A program made the position numbers and the translations under genes. The notes beneath the pieces were generated by a model. It was given only the letters and a program-made list of their open reading frames with translations, had not been told where the DNA came from and did no database searches. From the NCBI GenBank assembly GCA_017518105.1, contig JAFWWC010000020.1:2056-66055 (forward strand): a stretch of 64,000 nt of DNA. The letters are read 5' to 3'. Below, piece after piece: positions 1 to 8,905 of the stretch. Position 1 is the stretch's first letter, and each line of letters opens with the position of its first letter. The DNA is from Selenomonadaceae bacterium (lineage in GTDB: Bacteria > Bacillota > Negativicutes > Selenomonadales > Selenomonadaceae).

Positions 1-2962
1 TTATGTGCGGGTCGGCTAGCAGTCTCTTGCGGAATTCTTGAGGCGTGGCACCAGCATTGAACAGGCACCGCGCCGGGTGAACTAACGAGACCTTATCGGA
101 AAGCTTGAAGGCGTTTTCCATGAACAGATGATAAACAGGCGGATTGAAATTGCCCGTGTCAGTGGTCGTTTGATAGGGCGGGTTGCCAACGACGGCATCG
201 AAAAACATTTTGCCAGCTCCTTTATTCCAGAAATTCTTATTGGTAACGTTCTTGAGGAATTGCGCGGCTTTATTTTTAAGCTGATTAATGAGGTCGTCGA
301 AGCAATGGGCGTTGACGGAGCCTGCGCGATAGCCGAGCAAAGTTCTGCGGGTGATAGTCTTCGCCATGGGGGTTTTGCAGATGACAAAGACGTTATCGGC
401 GACAGTCATATCCCAGAGGCGGCGGAGTTCGTCGAGAGGGATTTTATCTTCGCTTACGTTGCCGAGCCGCGCCCTAAAAATTTTGTGGGTGACGTAAAGC
501 GGATAAAGCCCCGTCTTTGAATTAATCTCAAGGATTTTTTTATCGGGCGTGAAGAAGTCATCGGCGAAGGCTGAATCGATATGGAGTTTGACGACGCGCC
601 ACGGGGTCAGGACGGTTTCCTTATCGGGGTTCTTGAAAGTGGCGAACAGTTCCGCGATTTTGTTAATGCGTTCGGTCGGGCGGAGTTTATCGGCGGCTTT
701 GGCGCGTTGGCGAATGATATTTCCCGCTTGAATGAAAACTTCGGGGTCGTAGTACGGGATAAACTCTTTGAAAAGCTCTTTGGTGACGCCCGCTGGCATG
801 AATTCAAGCCAGCTCGCGTCGTCGACAAGCTCAATAAAGCGGTCAATGCTGATGTCCTCGTCGAAGGGAACCTCCGCGCCGTAAATCAGAAGCGGCATAC
901 GAATCGAAATCCCACGCAGAATAGAAATTGCGTTGCGTTTAACGTCGGCTTTGTGAGCGGCTTCCTTTTCTTCGGGCGTTTGGGGCTTGCGAGCCGCCTT
1001 TTTATCGTCGTATTGTTCGTTAGTCAAGCCTTGAGCATTTACGGGAATATCGGCGGGCTTCTTGGTGGGCTTAGAGGAGCCGATAATTTTCTTTAGGGTG
1101 TCGAACTTCTTCCAATCGATATTGGAAAGGTCGCGGAGAGTGTCGTTGTAGATGTTGCTGTCTTCAAAGCCATTGCGGACGGCGCGTTCGGCTTGGGCGT
1201 GTTTAATCCTCTGCAAAAGTCTATTGGCGTCCAAGGATTTCATTTCGGAGCCTTCGACGGCGATGACTGGGCAAAAGTTCAGCAGTTCGCCTAAAATTTC
1301 TCGTTGGCTGTCCTTAGTGCGACCGGCGCGAGTGGAGACCTTAACGGATTCGGCAATCACTCTTAGGGCGCGGTCGGGCGCGAAGTCGAAAACGTAGCAA
1401 TTCTGCTTGGAGACGCCGCCTTTATTGCAAGGGCTTTGAACGCGGAAAATCGTTTGCAGATAACTCGTCGCGGAAGTCGAGTAGGAACCAGCCAACATAA
1501 AAACGGCAGTCCATTCTGGGACGGTGACGCCAGCAGTCAGTTTGCCGCATGAAAGGGTTATCGTGTATTCGTGATTGTCTATGGCGTCGCGCACAGCGGC
1601 AAGGGCTTCGCCAGTTTTATCTTCGGGGTCGCCGTCGCCCGCCACGTTCACGATTTCAAACTTGCCGAAGACAGGATGCCGCTTTAAAAGTTTGCTTAGG
1701 GCGAGACCTTCCTTGACGCCGGGGATAATCCAGAACGTGTGCTTGAACATTTCGCGGAAGTCGGCGCGGCTGAAGGGATAATTATTGTCGTCCGCCTTAA
1801 CCAGCAGATTGAGGAAGCTTTTAACGTCGGGTTCATGAACGAAGCGTCCATTATCCGCCCTGAAGAACTCTTTAAAGCTGAAGGAAATATCTTCGCTGTC
1901 AATGTAGTTGAAGAGCTTGCCGAGGTCGTAAGTAAAAATATTCATGCGCGGCAAGTCAGCGTAAGGGTTGGGGTCGCCGAAATTCTTTTTATCCCAATCG
2001 GCTTTGGCGCGTTGCTCCATGACGTAATCCCAAGTAAAAACGCTGTCTGGATTGTAGGCGTCGATAAGGTTAAAGGGTGTGCCGCTCAGGTCGAGTAATT
2101 TTGAATTCTTCTTGACGAGCTTTTTAATAACAGCTTGACCAGGATCAGTTTGGGTTCCTTCGTGCGCCTCGTCGACGATAACCAAATCCCACTTCGTCTT
2201 AAAGGCGGCGTCATTCTTATCGAACCTGCCGCCGACAGTCTCGGAGCCGCGCAGGTCTTGCATAGAGGCGAAGTAAACGAACTTCCTGCCGTCGCGGAGC
2301 AATTCTTCAAGAGAACTGCCTTTGTTGCCGTAAATGTAATCAGTGCCGCGGAAAATCTCGTTGAAGTCGTCGTACCAGCCCGCGTCGACTACGGGGCGAT
2401 GCGTGATGATAATCGTCTTGTCAAAGTTCATGCGGCGGACGACTTCCAAGGCGCAAAACGTCTTACCAAATCGCATCTTAGCATTCCAGAGAAAATCTTT
2501 GCCGCCCTTCTTGAAGTGTTCGACGGTTTTATTTATGGCGGTCTCCTGTTCGGGGCGGAAAATTATATCTTCGCGAACACGCTTAACCGAAATGAACTTC
2601 TTGCCCTGCTTGACGGCGGCGATAGCTTTAATGGCGTTTTGCAAATCGATTTTGAACCACTCGCGACCTTTGGTACCTTTGGGGGCGTGTCGATATTTCT
2701 TCAGCAGGCGGTGAACGTCATAATCGCGGAAGGCGCGCCCGTCGTCGGTTATGGCAAGTTCAAAATGCAGGAGATTGTAATCAATGCCCGCCGTCCTCGT
2801 GTATTGGTCAATGCGTTCTTTGGCGGCGCGTTCCAAATTCTTTTTGGTCGGCGGAAGGTTCTTTATCGTCGTCTCTCCGATTTTCAAAAGCCCCTTGTGC
2901 GCGGCGTCTGAAATTCCAAAGATATAAATCAATCGGCGTTGATAAACTTCATAAGGATTCAT
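1..2962 (-). CDS. Large restriction-modification/defence-type fusion protein, 3' end cut by window edge: N-terminal GIY-YIG/T5orf172-like domain + SF2 (ResIII/DEAH) helicase + C-terminal Eco57I-like N6-adenine DNA methyltransferase
   Basis: Absent from the ORF track because it has no stop inside the window. Manual minus-strand translation from ATG 2962..2960 stays open for 987 codons down to nt 2. Motifs: MNPYEVYQRRLIYIFGISDAAHKGLLKIGETT (T5orf172/GIY-YIG-like), AKMRFGKT (Walker A), DLVIVDEAHEG (DEAH), LDLSGTPF (motif III), MFFDAVVGNPPYQ (MTase motif IV). ATGA start/stop overlap with the upstream gene. The + strand ORFs 128-2911 are its antisense shadows. Confidence 0.8.
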   Translation of the reverse strand, partial: MNPYEVYQRRLIYIFGISDAAHKGLLKIGETTIKNLPPTKKNLERAAKERIDQYTRTAGIDYNLLHFELAITDDGRAFRDYDVHRLLKKYRHAPKGTKGREWFKIDLQNAIKAIAAVKQGKKFISVKRVREDIIFRPEQETAINKTVEHFKKGGKDFLWNAKMRFGKTFCALEVVRRMNFDKTIIITHRPVVDAGWYDDFNEIFRGTDYIYGNKGSSLEELLRDGRKFVYFASMQDLRGSETVGGRFDKNDAAFKTKWDLVIVDEAHEGTQTDPGQAVIKKLVKKNSKLLDLSGTPFNLIDAYNPDSVFTWDYVMEQRAKADWDKKNFGDPNPYADLPRMNIFTYDLGKLFNYIDSEDISFSFKEFFRADNGRFVHEPDVKSFLNLLVKADDNNYPFSRADFREMFKHTFWIIPGVKEGLALSKLLKRHPVFGKFEIVNVAGDGDPEDKTGEALAAVRDAIDNHEYTITLSCGKLTAGVTVPEWTAVFMLAGSYSTSATSYLQTIFRVQSPCNKGGVSKQNCYVFDFAPDRALRVIAESVKVSTRAGRTKDSQREILGELLNFCPVIAVEGSEMKSLDANRLLQRIKHAQAERAVRNGFEDSNIYNDTLRDLSNIDWKKFDTLKKIIGSSKPTKKPADIPVNAQGLTNEQYDDKKAARKPQTPEEKEAAHKADVKRNAISILRGISIRMPLLIYGAEVPFDEDISIDRFIELVDDASWLEFMPAGVTKELFKEFIPYYDPEVFIQAGNIIRQRAKAADKLRPTERINKIAELFATFKNPDKETVLTPWRVVKLHIDSAFADDFFTPDKKILEINSKTGLYPLYVTHKIFRARLGNVSEDKIPLDELRRLWDMTVADNVFVICKTPMAKTITRRTLLGYRAGSVNAHCFDDLINQLKNKAAQFLKNVTNKNFWNKGAGKMFFDAVVGNPPYQTTTDTGNFNPPVYHLFMENAFKLSDKVSLVHPARCLFNAGATPQEFRKRLLADPHI

Positions 2963-3681
2963 CGTCGTCCGCCCCTCTCCAGTTCTATAAATTCAAACTT
3001 CTCGCCCGTGCTCCAGTCTTTGATTCGACAATACACGCCGCCAAAAAGGTTTACTTCCTCCGTGAAGGGCGGCGAACCCGTCAACCCGTCCATTTGAAAT
3101 AAATTCCACGAGATAACCTCCGCAACCTCACGTAGAATATCTTCGGGCGGCTTGCGATAAAATTTCTCCGCGTAGTAGTCTTTGAACGTCTCGAAAACAT
3201 TTCGGCGGGCAAGGAACAGATTATCGCCTTGGAACTCGTAGCCGTAGACACTTTTAACGGCACGGATAGCCCACGTCGTCCAATCAAGTAAAGTTTTAGT
3301 CTGCATGCCGACGACGCGCAATTTTTTATCCAACAAGCCGACGCGTTTAGGAAGGTCAATCGCCTTGCCCGTTACGGCATTATATCGGCTGACGAGGTAA
3401 GGAGCCTCGCCGCAGGTTATCTCCAAAAATCTCGCGTCAATATAATCCGTCCATTTCTTGTCCTTGCAGTCAATCAAATTGTTTTGAATGCGGCAGACTT
3501 CAGGCGGCGTGAAAATCTCTGCGCGGTCTTTAGTGCGTTGCCTCTGTTGCTCGCGAAGTTTTTGCCAACGCGGGCGAATCAACTTAACGTCGGCGGCTGT
3601 AATCTCTTGCCTGCCGTGTTCAGCGTTCGCCCAAATGATATTGCGTCCGGTCGTTCGGTCTTTCAAAAGAATCTCAAGCAT
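2959..3681 (-). CDS. R-M-associated protein resembling the N-terminal module of type IIG/Eco57I-like methylase subunits
   Basis: 240-aa ORF whose stop overlaps the start of the downstream fusion gene (ATGA at 2959-2962). AEIFTPPEV (motif X-like FTP) and LEITCGEAPYLVSRY recall, from memory, N-terminal regions of proteins annotated as restriction endonuclease subunit M. No NPPY motif in this ORF. Confidence 0.5.
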   Translation of the reverse strand: MLEILLKDRTTGRNIIWANAEHGRQEITAADVKLIRPRWQKLREQQRQRTKDRAEIFTPPEVCRIQNNLIDCKDKKWTDYIDARFLEITCGEAPYLVSRYNAVTGKAIDLPKRVGLLDKKLRVVGMQTKTLLDWTTWAIRAVKSVYGYEFQGDNLFLARRNVFETFKDYYAEKFYRKPPEDILREVAEVISWNLFQMDGLTGSPPFTEEVNLFGGVYCRIKDWSTGEKFEFIELERGGRR

Positions 3682-3749
3682 CGTCTCACCTCAAAAAAAG
3701 AAAGCGACCGGGGAAAACCCTTGCCGCCTTCTTAGTAGCTACCGATTGA

Positions 3750-5063
3750 TTAAGCGTCGAGCACAGCCCATTCATTGCTGAAGTAAAAACTTTTACTTTC
3801 GGGGAGCTTGCCCCAATTCTCGACTACTCGACTGATTGCGCGTGTAACGTCGTGATGTCCGTCGGTGTTCGTGAGCAGGACTAAGAATTGATTCGTGCCG
3901 TTCTGCGAAATGACATCGCCGCGCCTCAACGTATCGTGCAGACATTCCATAAATTTTTCGCCAGCGTATTTCAAGGACAAACTCTTATCTTCGCCCGTCC
4001 GCTTGAGTGCAAACAGCACAATGCAAATCGTCTTAGCGTAGCCAGCGCGGGTGCGCTTTAGGAAACGATAAATGTTGCGGAAACTCTCGAAGGGCAGGAT
4101 ATAAGCTCCAGGCTCCTTGTTGCGTTCGGCAAGAATCATTTCGACCTGCGCGAGCGTGGCGACGGTCTCAACGTTTTCTTCGGGGGCGTCCTCGCTGAAG
4201 ATATTGTAGCCGTGCTTGCCGTTCTGCTTGACAATGTACAGAGCCTTATCCGCCTTCTTGTAAAGTTCGGTAAAATCGGTGCCCGCCTGCGGAACGAGTA
4301 CGCAACCGATTGACGCACCAAGGGGAATGTTCATGTCTTCGCCCATGAGTTTCTTAGCCGCCTCGATAATCTTCTCGTTGATAAACTGGGTTTTAGCGGC
4401 AATGGACGCCTCGTCGCTGACGCCGTGGCAGAAGGCAACGAATTCATCGCCGCCCATACGCCCGATTAAATCCGTCGAACGCATTGCCGCCCGCAAGATG
4501 TCCGCGAACGCTATCAAAATCTTATCGCCCATTGCGTGTCCGTGCAGGTCGTTTACCAGCTTAAAGCTGTCTAGGTCAATCATCATCAACGAGCCGTGCG
4601 ACTTCTTGCAAGTCTTCTTAAGTTCCTCTTCCGACGAACCCTTATTGAACAGCCCCGTTAGCTTGTCTATTGAGGAAGTCTTCTTTAGGTCTTGAATCTC
4701 GCCGACCGTCTGGAGAATGTTCGCCACGCGGCGTTGCAGGACTTCGGGCTTAAAGGGCTTGCGGATAAAATCCATTGCGCCGTTATCGAAGCCTTTGCTC
4801 TCGACCTCTTCGCTTTTGTCCGCCGTCATGAACATGAACGGAATCTTTCTATGGAACTCGTTCTGGAGGGCGATTTGCATTTCGTAGCCTGTCATGCCTG
4901 GCATCCGGAAATCGGACAGGATCATATCGGGCTTTTCCTTGCGATAAATTTCCATTGCCTCTTCTGCCGAACCCGCACAGACAGTTTCGTATAGCCCTTC
5001 CAACATGAACGCCGTCATCTCGCGTAACATGTCCACATCGTCGACAATCAGAATCTTTTTCAT
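3750..5063 (-). CDS. Response regulator receiver + GGDEF diguanylate cyclase with an extra degenerate GGDEF-like C-terminal domain
   Basis: MKKILIVDDVDMLRE...SDFRMPGMTGYE receiver. RMGGDEFVAF active-site motif. The last ~130 aa repeat the GGDEF-domain pattern but carry NQFLVLL instead of GGDEF. Start moved from TTG 5069 to ATG 5063 (GTGAGG 8 nt upstream). Confidence 0.85.
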   Translation of the reverse strand: MKKILIVDDVDMLREMTAFMLEGLYETVCAGSAEEAMEIYRKEKPDMILSDFRMPGMTGYEMQIALQNEFHRKIPFMFMTADKSEEVESKGFDNGAMDFIRKPFKPEVLQRRVANILQTVGEIQDLKKTSSIDKLTGLFNKGSSEEELKKTCKKSHGSLMMIDLDSFKLVNDLHGHAMGDKILIAFADILRAAMRSTDLIGRMGGDEFVAFCHGVSDEASIAAKTQFINEKIIEAAKKLMGEDMNIPLGASIGCVLVPQAGTDFTELYKKADKALYIVKQNGKHGYNIFSEDAPEENVETVATLAQVEMILAERNKEPGAYILPFESFRNIYRFLKRTRAGYAKTICIVLFALKRTGEDKSLSLKYAGEKFMECLHDTLRRGDVISQNGTNQFLVLLTNTDGHHDVTRAISRVVENWGKLPESKSFYFSNEWAVLDA

Positions 5064-5163
5064 AGCCAAAACCTCACTGTCCGAAATTAGCTGATATATT
5101 TTTTAGCCATTATAAAGGTTTTTCGCGACCTTGCAAAGAAAAAGTTTTCGAGGAGGCGATTGT

Positions 5164-6561
5164 ATGTCTAAGGTCTTAAAGGGTGAGCTGTTCGATAGAC
5201 TTCCGAGCGTCGACGAGCAAAAGTTCCGCAACGAACTCAAAGCGGCGTTGAAGGGCTTCAACAAAAAAATTGTCGTGCTGGACGACGACCCGACCGGCGT
5301 TCAAACTGTCAACGGGATTTCGGTTTACACGGACTGGACGGCGGCGAGCATTGCGGCGGGTTTCGCGGAGGATAATTCCATGTTCTTTATCCTGACGAAT
5401 TCGCGAGCCTTCTCCGCCGATAAGACCCGTGCCGAACATAAAAAAATCGCCGAACGTCTTTGCGCGGCGGCTAAAGACTTCGGCAAAGACTTCGTGCTTG
5501 TCAGTCGCAGTGATTCGACTTTGCGCGGGCATTACCCGATTGAAACTCAGACCTTGCGCACGACTTTGGAGGCTTGCGGCGTTGCAGTCGACGGAGAAAT
5601 TTTAATGCCGTTCTTCAAGGAGGGCGGGCGATTCACTCTAGGCGACGTTCACTACGTGCAGGAGGGCGATTATCTGATTCCCGCGGGCGAAACGGAATTT
5701 GCTAAAGATAAGACGTTCGGCTATACGAGTTCAAACCTTGCCGCTTACGTCGAGGAGAAGACCAGCGGCGCGTTCAAAAAATCTTCCGTCACGTGCATTA
5801 GCCTTGAGGAGTTGCGCGGCGGCGACGTTGATAAAATCTCCGCACGCCTCGAAAGCATCCGCGACTTCAATAAAGTTATCGTCAATGCGGCGGATTATGT
5901 CGACGTGGAAATTTTTTCATTGGCTCTGATTAAAGCTCTGGCGGCGGGCAAAAACTTCATCTTCAGGACGGCGGCGGCGTTCACGAAGGTTATCGGCGGC
6001 ATTGAAGATAAACCGCTACTTACACGCGCTGAACTCCTCGACGCGGGCAATCCCAACGGCGGCTTGATAATCATAGGCTCACACGTCCAGAAGACCACCG
6101 CACAACTCGACGAGCTTAAAAAACTTTCTTCGGTGGCGTTCATTGAATTTGACGTTAGTAACCTCGGCTCGGTCGATAGAATCATTCAGCAGACGGAGGA
6201 GAATCTTTCACGCGGACGAACGACAGCCATTTACACCAGCCGCGAAGTTCTGGACGTTGGCTCGGCGGAGAAAAATCTTGCGGCGAGCGTGAACATCTCC
6301 GACGCCTTGACTAGCATTGTTAATCGGCTGAGCGTGCGCCCGAAGTTTTTGATTGCCAAAGGCGGCATAACCTCAAGCGACGTGGGGACTAAAGGTTTGA
6401 GCGTCAAGAACGCTCTAGTACTCGGTCAAGTGGCGGCTGGCGTTCCCGTGTGGCGGCTCGGCTCGGAAAGTAAATTCCCTGGCATGAGCTATATAATCTT
6501 CCCCGGCAACGTCGGCAAGGTCGAGACTCTCCGCGAGATTGTCGAGATGCTAGGCGCATAA
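5164..6561 (+). CDS. Four-carbon acid sugar kinase family protein (DUF1537; OtnK/DtnK-like)
   Basis: KIVVLDDDPTGVQT, FFILTNSRA and DSTLRGHYP motifs. ATG 5164 is preceded by GAGGAGG. The track start 5131 is an upstream TTG without an SD. Confidence 0.75.
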   Translation: MSKVLKGELFDRLPSVDEQKFRNELKAALKGFNKKIVVLDDDPTGVQTVNGISVYTDWTAASIAAGFAEDNSMFFILTNSRAFSADKTRAEHKKIAERLCAAAKDFGKDFVLVSRSDSTLRGHYPIETQTLRTTLEACGVAVDGEILMPFFKEGGRFTLGDVHYVQEGDYLIPAGETEFAKDKTFGYTSSNLAAYVEEKTSGAFKKSSVTCISLEELRGGDVDKISARLESIRDFNKVIVNAADYVDVEIFSLALIKALAAGKNFIFRTAAAFTKVIGGIEDKPLLTRAELLDAGNPNGGLIIIGSHVQKTTAQLDELKKLSSVAFIEFDVSNLGSVDRIIQQTEENLSRGRTTAIYTSREVLDVGSAEKNLAASVNISDALTSIVNRLSVRPKFLIAKGGITSSDVGTKGLSVKNALVLGQVAAGVPVWRLGSESKFPGMSYIIFPGNVGKVETLREIVEMLGA

Positions 6562-6606
6562 AAAAATTGCCCCCTGTGCGGGAGCTTTTCTGCCGTCAAA
6601 GATTTT

Positions 6607-7074
6607 TTAAGCGTTGCGGTTCACGTCGAGGGCAATATCCACAATGTGTCCGCCCACTTCCATTTCAACCGTTAGATATTGTGCGTCGCTGATTTTAATC
6701 GTGTGGTCTTCGCTTATGATAAGTTCGGGCGTGGTTATGTCGACATCAAGTCCGAGTTTAGTAAAGTTCGTGGCGGCGCGGGCAGTTAGCATATTTGACA
6801 TTTCGCGAAGGGCACTTTGCACCAACTCGCCAAACTTCGTGACGGGCACGCCCATCATCATAGTCGAGGCAATATATTTCGCTGTGTCCGCCGTCATGTT
6901 GTAGACGACCTTGCCTTGCATTTGTCTAGTAAAGCCGACCACGAGCACGACGCCGTTGATTATTACGTTCCTGTCCTGCAAATAAATCCTCTGCCGCTTG
7001 GGGGTCGGGAAGCCCATCTGCGGCATTATCTCCATGAATGCATCGATTATCGGGTTGACGAGTTTTGCATCCAC
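6607..7074 (-). CDS. cheX: CheX-family chemotaxis phosphatase
   Basis: 155 aa. N-terminus (V)DAKLVNPIIDAFMEIMPQMGF and overall length/pattern are typical of CheX. GTG start with GAAGGGAGA SD. Confidence 0.7.
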   Translation of the reverse strand: MDAKLVNPIIDAFMEIMPQMGFPTPKRQRIYLQDRNVIINGVVLVVGFTRQMQGKVVYNMTADTAKYIASTMMMGVPVTKFGELVQSALREMSNMLTARAATNFTKLGLDVDITTPELIISEDHTIKISDAQYLTVEMEVGGHIVDIALDVNRNA

Positions 7075-7237
7075 TTTATCAATCTCCCTTCGCGTATAAA
7101 ATCTTCGCTGAAATTCTATGCAACTGCTGATTTTACCTGCCGCCTTGCCAAAATATTTTTTTATAGCTTAGGAAACTTTTCAGCGGCTAACTTTTTTGTT
7201 ATCATGACGGAAAATTTTTCGGAGGAGGAAACTTATC

Positions 7238-8539
7238 TTGAAGAAGAAAAAAGTTTTAGTCCACGGCACGCCCGATAGCCTGAAGAAATTCTTTTCGGAC
7301 GCAATCAGCTTTGATTATGAAGTCGCCGCTATCTTGAGTGAGTCGTTCGAGAAAATATCTATCGTGCGGGGCGGCAAGGAGCTTGAAGTCATTCCGTCGC
7401 AGAGCCTGCCGAAATTCATTCAACGTATCATCGAAGCGGTCATCATCACCGATTCCAACGCAAGAGATGCTGTCGTTAATTTTTTCCTCAAGCAGGGCTT
7501 TAATCCCCGCAAACTTATCCTTTGGCACGAAACGGAAGGTTGGGTAAAACTTGAGATTCAAGGTTCGGACAACATGCGGGTTGCTTACGTCAACGGCTTG
7601 GAATTTCACATTCAGAACGAAGCCGACGAAAAATTTTTCAACAGCACGCTTGGAAGGTTTAAAACAATCAGGGCGTATAGGAACACAGACCCAAAGCTTT
7701 ATCCGTCCATTTTGGCGCAAGACTTTCAACGGCGGACAGGTAAGCCTCTCAACTTTGCTAACTTGAAGACTTATACGGAGAAAATGCAGTGGCTAAAGCT
7801 TTATGACGCCACGCCGCTTAAGAGCCGCCTCGCCGATAAATTCCTCGTGCGTAGCTGGGTTATGGAAAAAATCGGGGCGCAGTATCTGATTCCGCTTTTG
7901 GGCGTGTGGGACAGCTTCGACGACATTGATTTTAATGCACTGCCCGAACGATTTGTTTTGAAGTGCAACCACGGCTCTATGATGAATGTCGTTGTTCGCG
8001 ATAAGCATTCCTTTGATAAACAGCTTGCCCGCGAAAGATTCAATGCTTGGCTGGCTCAGGACTTTGGGCTACGCTTCCTTGAGCTTCATTACACGCGCAT
8101 TAATCGGAAGATTATCGCCGAAAAGTTCATGCAAGACGGCGACGCCCCAGACCTAACTGATTATAAATTCCTTTGCTTTAACGGTAAGCCCGTCGTTATT
8201 CAATGTACAACTGAACGCTCAACGCACTTGAAGCTGACTTATTTTGATATGAACTGGAAACCAACACATATCGAACGCAATGACCATCCGCGAAGCGAAC
8301 ACCCCGAACAGATTCCGCCGCCGAAAAACTTTGAACTGATGAAGGAACTTGCCGCCAAACTCGCGGAGGGTTTTGCTCATGTCCGCGTTAATTTCTACGA
8401 GATTGGCGGGCGCGTCTACTTCGGGGAAATGACTTTCACGCCAGGCGCAGGACTTTTTTCTTTTAAGTCAGAGGGCACCGACGAATACTTAGGCTCGCTC
8501 CTTACCTTGCCCAAAGCCTCGCCGCTCCCACGCATTTAA
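7238..8539 (+). CDS. ATP-grasp fold amidoligase family protein (TupA-like)
   Basis: C-terminal half has KMQWLKLYD, DKFLVRSWV, FVLKCNHGS, DYKFLCFNGKP and GEMTFTPG, typical of TupA-like ATP-grasp proteins. TTG start after GGAGGAGGAA. Confidence 0.7.
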   Translation: MKKKKVLVHGTPDSLKKFFSDAISFDYEVAAILSESFEKISIVRGGKELEVIPSQSLPKFIQRIIEAVIITDSNARDAVVNFFLKQGFNPRKLILWHETEGWVKLEIQGSDNMRVAYVNGLEFHIQNEADEKFFNSTLGRFKTIRAYRNTDPKLYPSILAQDFQRRTGKPLNFANLKTYTEKMQWLKLYDATPLKSRLADKFLVRSWVMEKIGAQYLIPLLGVWDSFDDIDFNALPERFVLKCNHGSMMNVVVRDKHSFDKQLARERFNAWLAQDFGLRFLELHYTRINRKIIAEKFMQDGDAPDLTDYKFLCFNGKPVVIQCTTERSTHLKLTYFDMNWKPTHIERNDHPRSEHPEQIPPPKNFELMKELAAKLAEGFAHVRVNFYEIGGRVYFGEMTFTPGAGLFSFKSEGTDEYLGSLLTLPKASPLPRI

Positions 8540-8550
8540 TTCGACGCGAC

Positions 8551-8578
8551 AAAAAAACTCCGCTAAGAGCGGAGCTTT
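8551..8578. terminator. Bidirectional rho-independent terminator shared by the ATP-grasp gene (+) and the small toxin transcript (-)
   Basis: AAAAAAA-CTCCGCT-aag-AGCGGAG-CTTT. Perfect 7-bp stem (8558-8564 / 8568-8574). The A7 run on the + strand reads as a T7 run on the minus strand. Confidence 0.75.
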
Positions 8579-8624
8579 GCGCGTTTTGTAGATTAACGCT
8601 AACCACGGGCTGTGTTGTCAATGG

Positions 8625-8702
8625 TTAATGTCGATCCAGCCACTTGCAAATGTAGTGACCAACCACACTCGCTACGACCGACACGAGAAACGTAACGATC
8701 AC
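8625..8702 (-). CDS. Type I toxin, Fst/PepA1-like small hydrophobic peptide (25 aa)
   Basis: GTG 8702 preceded by GGAAGGAGGG (8711-8720, minus strand). Peptide (M)IVTFLVSVVASVVGHYICKWLDRH is one TM helix followed by a W-L-D-R charged tail. Compare S. aureus PepA1 ...IIAPVISGCAIAFFSYWLSRR. It has its own promoter and terminator. Too short for the ORF track. Confidence 0.65.
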   Translation of the reverse strand: MIVTFLVSVVASVVGHYICKWLDRH

Positions 8703-8749
8703 GAGTAATCCCTCCTTCCGTTGCCGGTTTAGGGATTGACAACGCCGCC

Positions 8750-8778
8750 ATTCTATAGTTTAGTAAAAATTTTTTCAA
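8750..8778 (-). promoter_or_regulatory. Sigma-70-type promoter for the toxin mRNA
   Basis: Minus strand TTGAAA (8778-8773), 17 nt spacer, TAGAAT (8755-8750). Confidence 0.6.
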
Positions 8779-8782
8779 GTCA

Positions 8783-8811
8783 TTGCGAATCAAAATGTTA
8801 TATGCTATATT
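8783..8811 (+). promoter_or_regulatory. Sigma-70-type promoter, divergent from the toxin promoter (antitoxin sRNA and/or leader of the radical SAM operon)
   Basis: TTGCGA (8783-8788), 17 nt spacer, TATATT (8806-8811). Confidence 0.6.
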
Positions 8812-8817
8812 ATTTGC

Positions 8818-8876
8818 GGTAACGATCACGGCAAATCCAAACAAAAAAGTTCCGACCGACCATCGGGCTTTTTTGA
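8818..8876 (+). ncRNA. Putative antitoxin sRNA (or 5' leader) complementary to the toxin translation-initiation region
   Basis: GGTAACGATCACGG (8818-8831) is the reverse complement of the toxin mRNA segment spanning its GTG start (12 contiguous nt, CGTGATCGTTAC, with further flanking matches). It is followed by a weak hairpin CCGA-n7-TCGG and a T6 run (8869-8875). Confidence 0.45.
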
Positions 8877-8905
8877 TTTAAGAAGAAATTTTTGGAGGAT
8901 GTTCA

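Noticed and set aside
128-2911. Four sizeable + strand ORFs from the track (128-520, 581-1096, 1739-2098, 2135-2911).
   Set aside because: Their translations have no recognisable motifs. They lie antisense to a continuous 987-codon minus-strand frame with clear GIY-YIG-like, DEAH helicase and NPPY methylase motifs, so they are shadow ORFs.
8599-8844. 81-aa minus-strand track ORF.
   Set aside because: It has no SD and a low-complexity translation, and it spans two promoters. The region is better explained by the 25-aa toxin ORF in another frame plus a divergent RNA.
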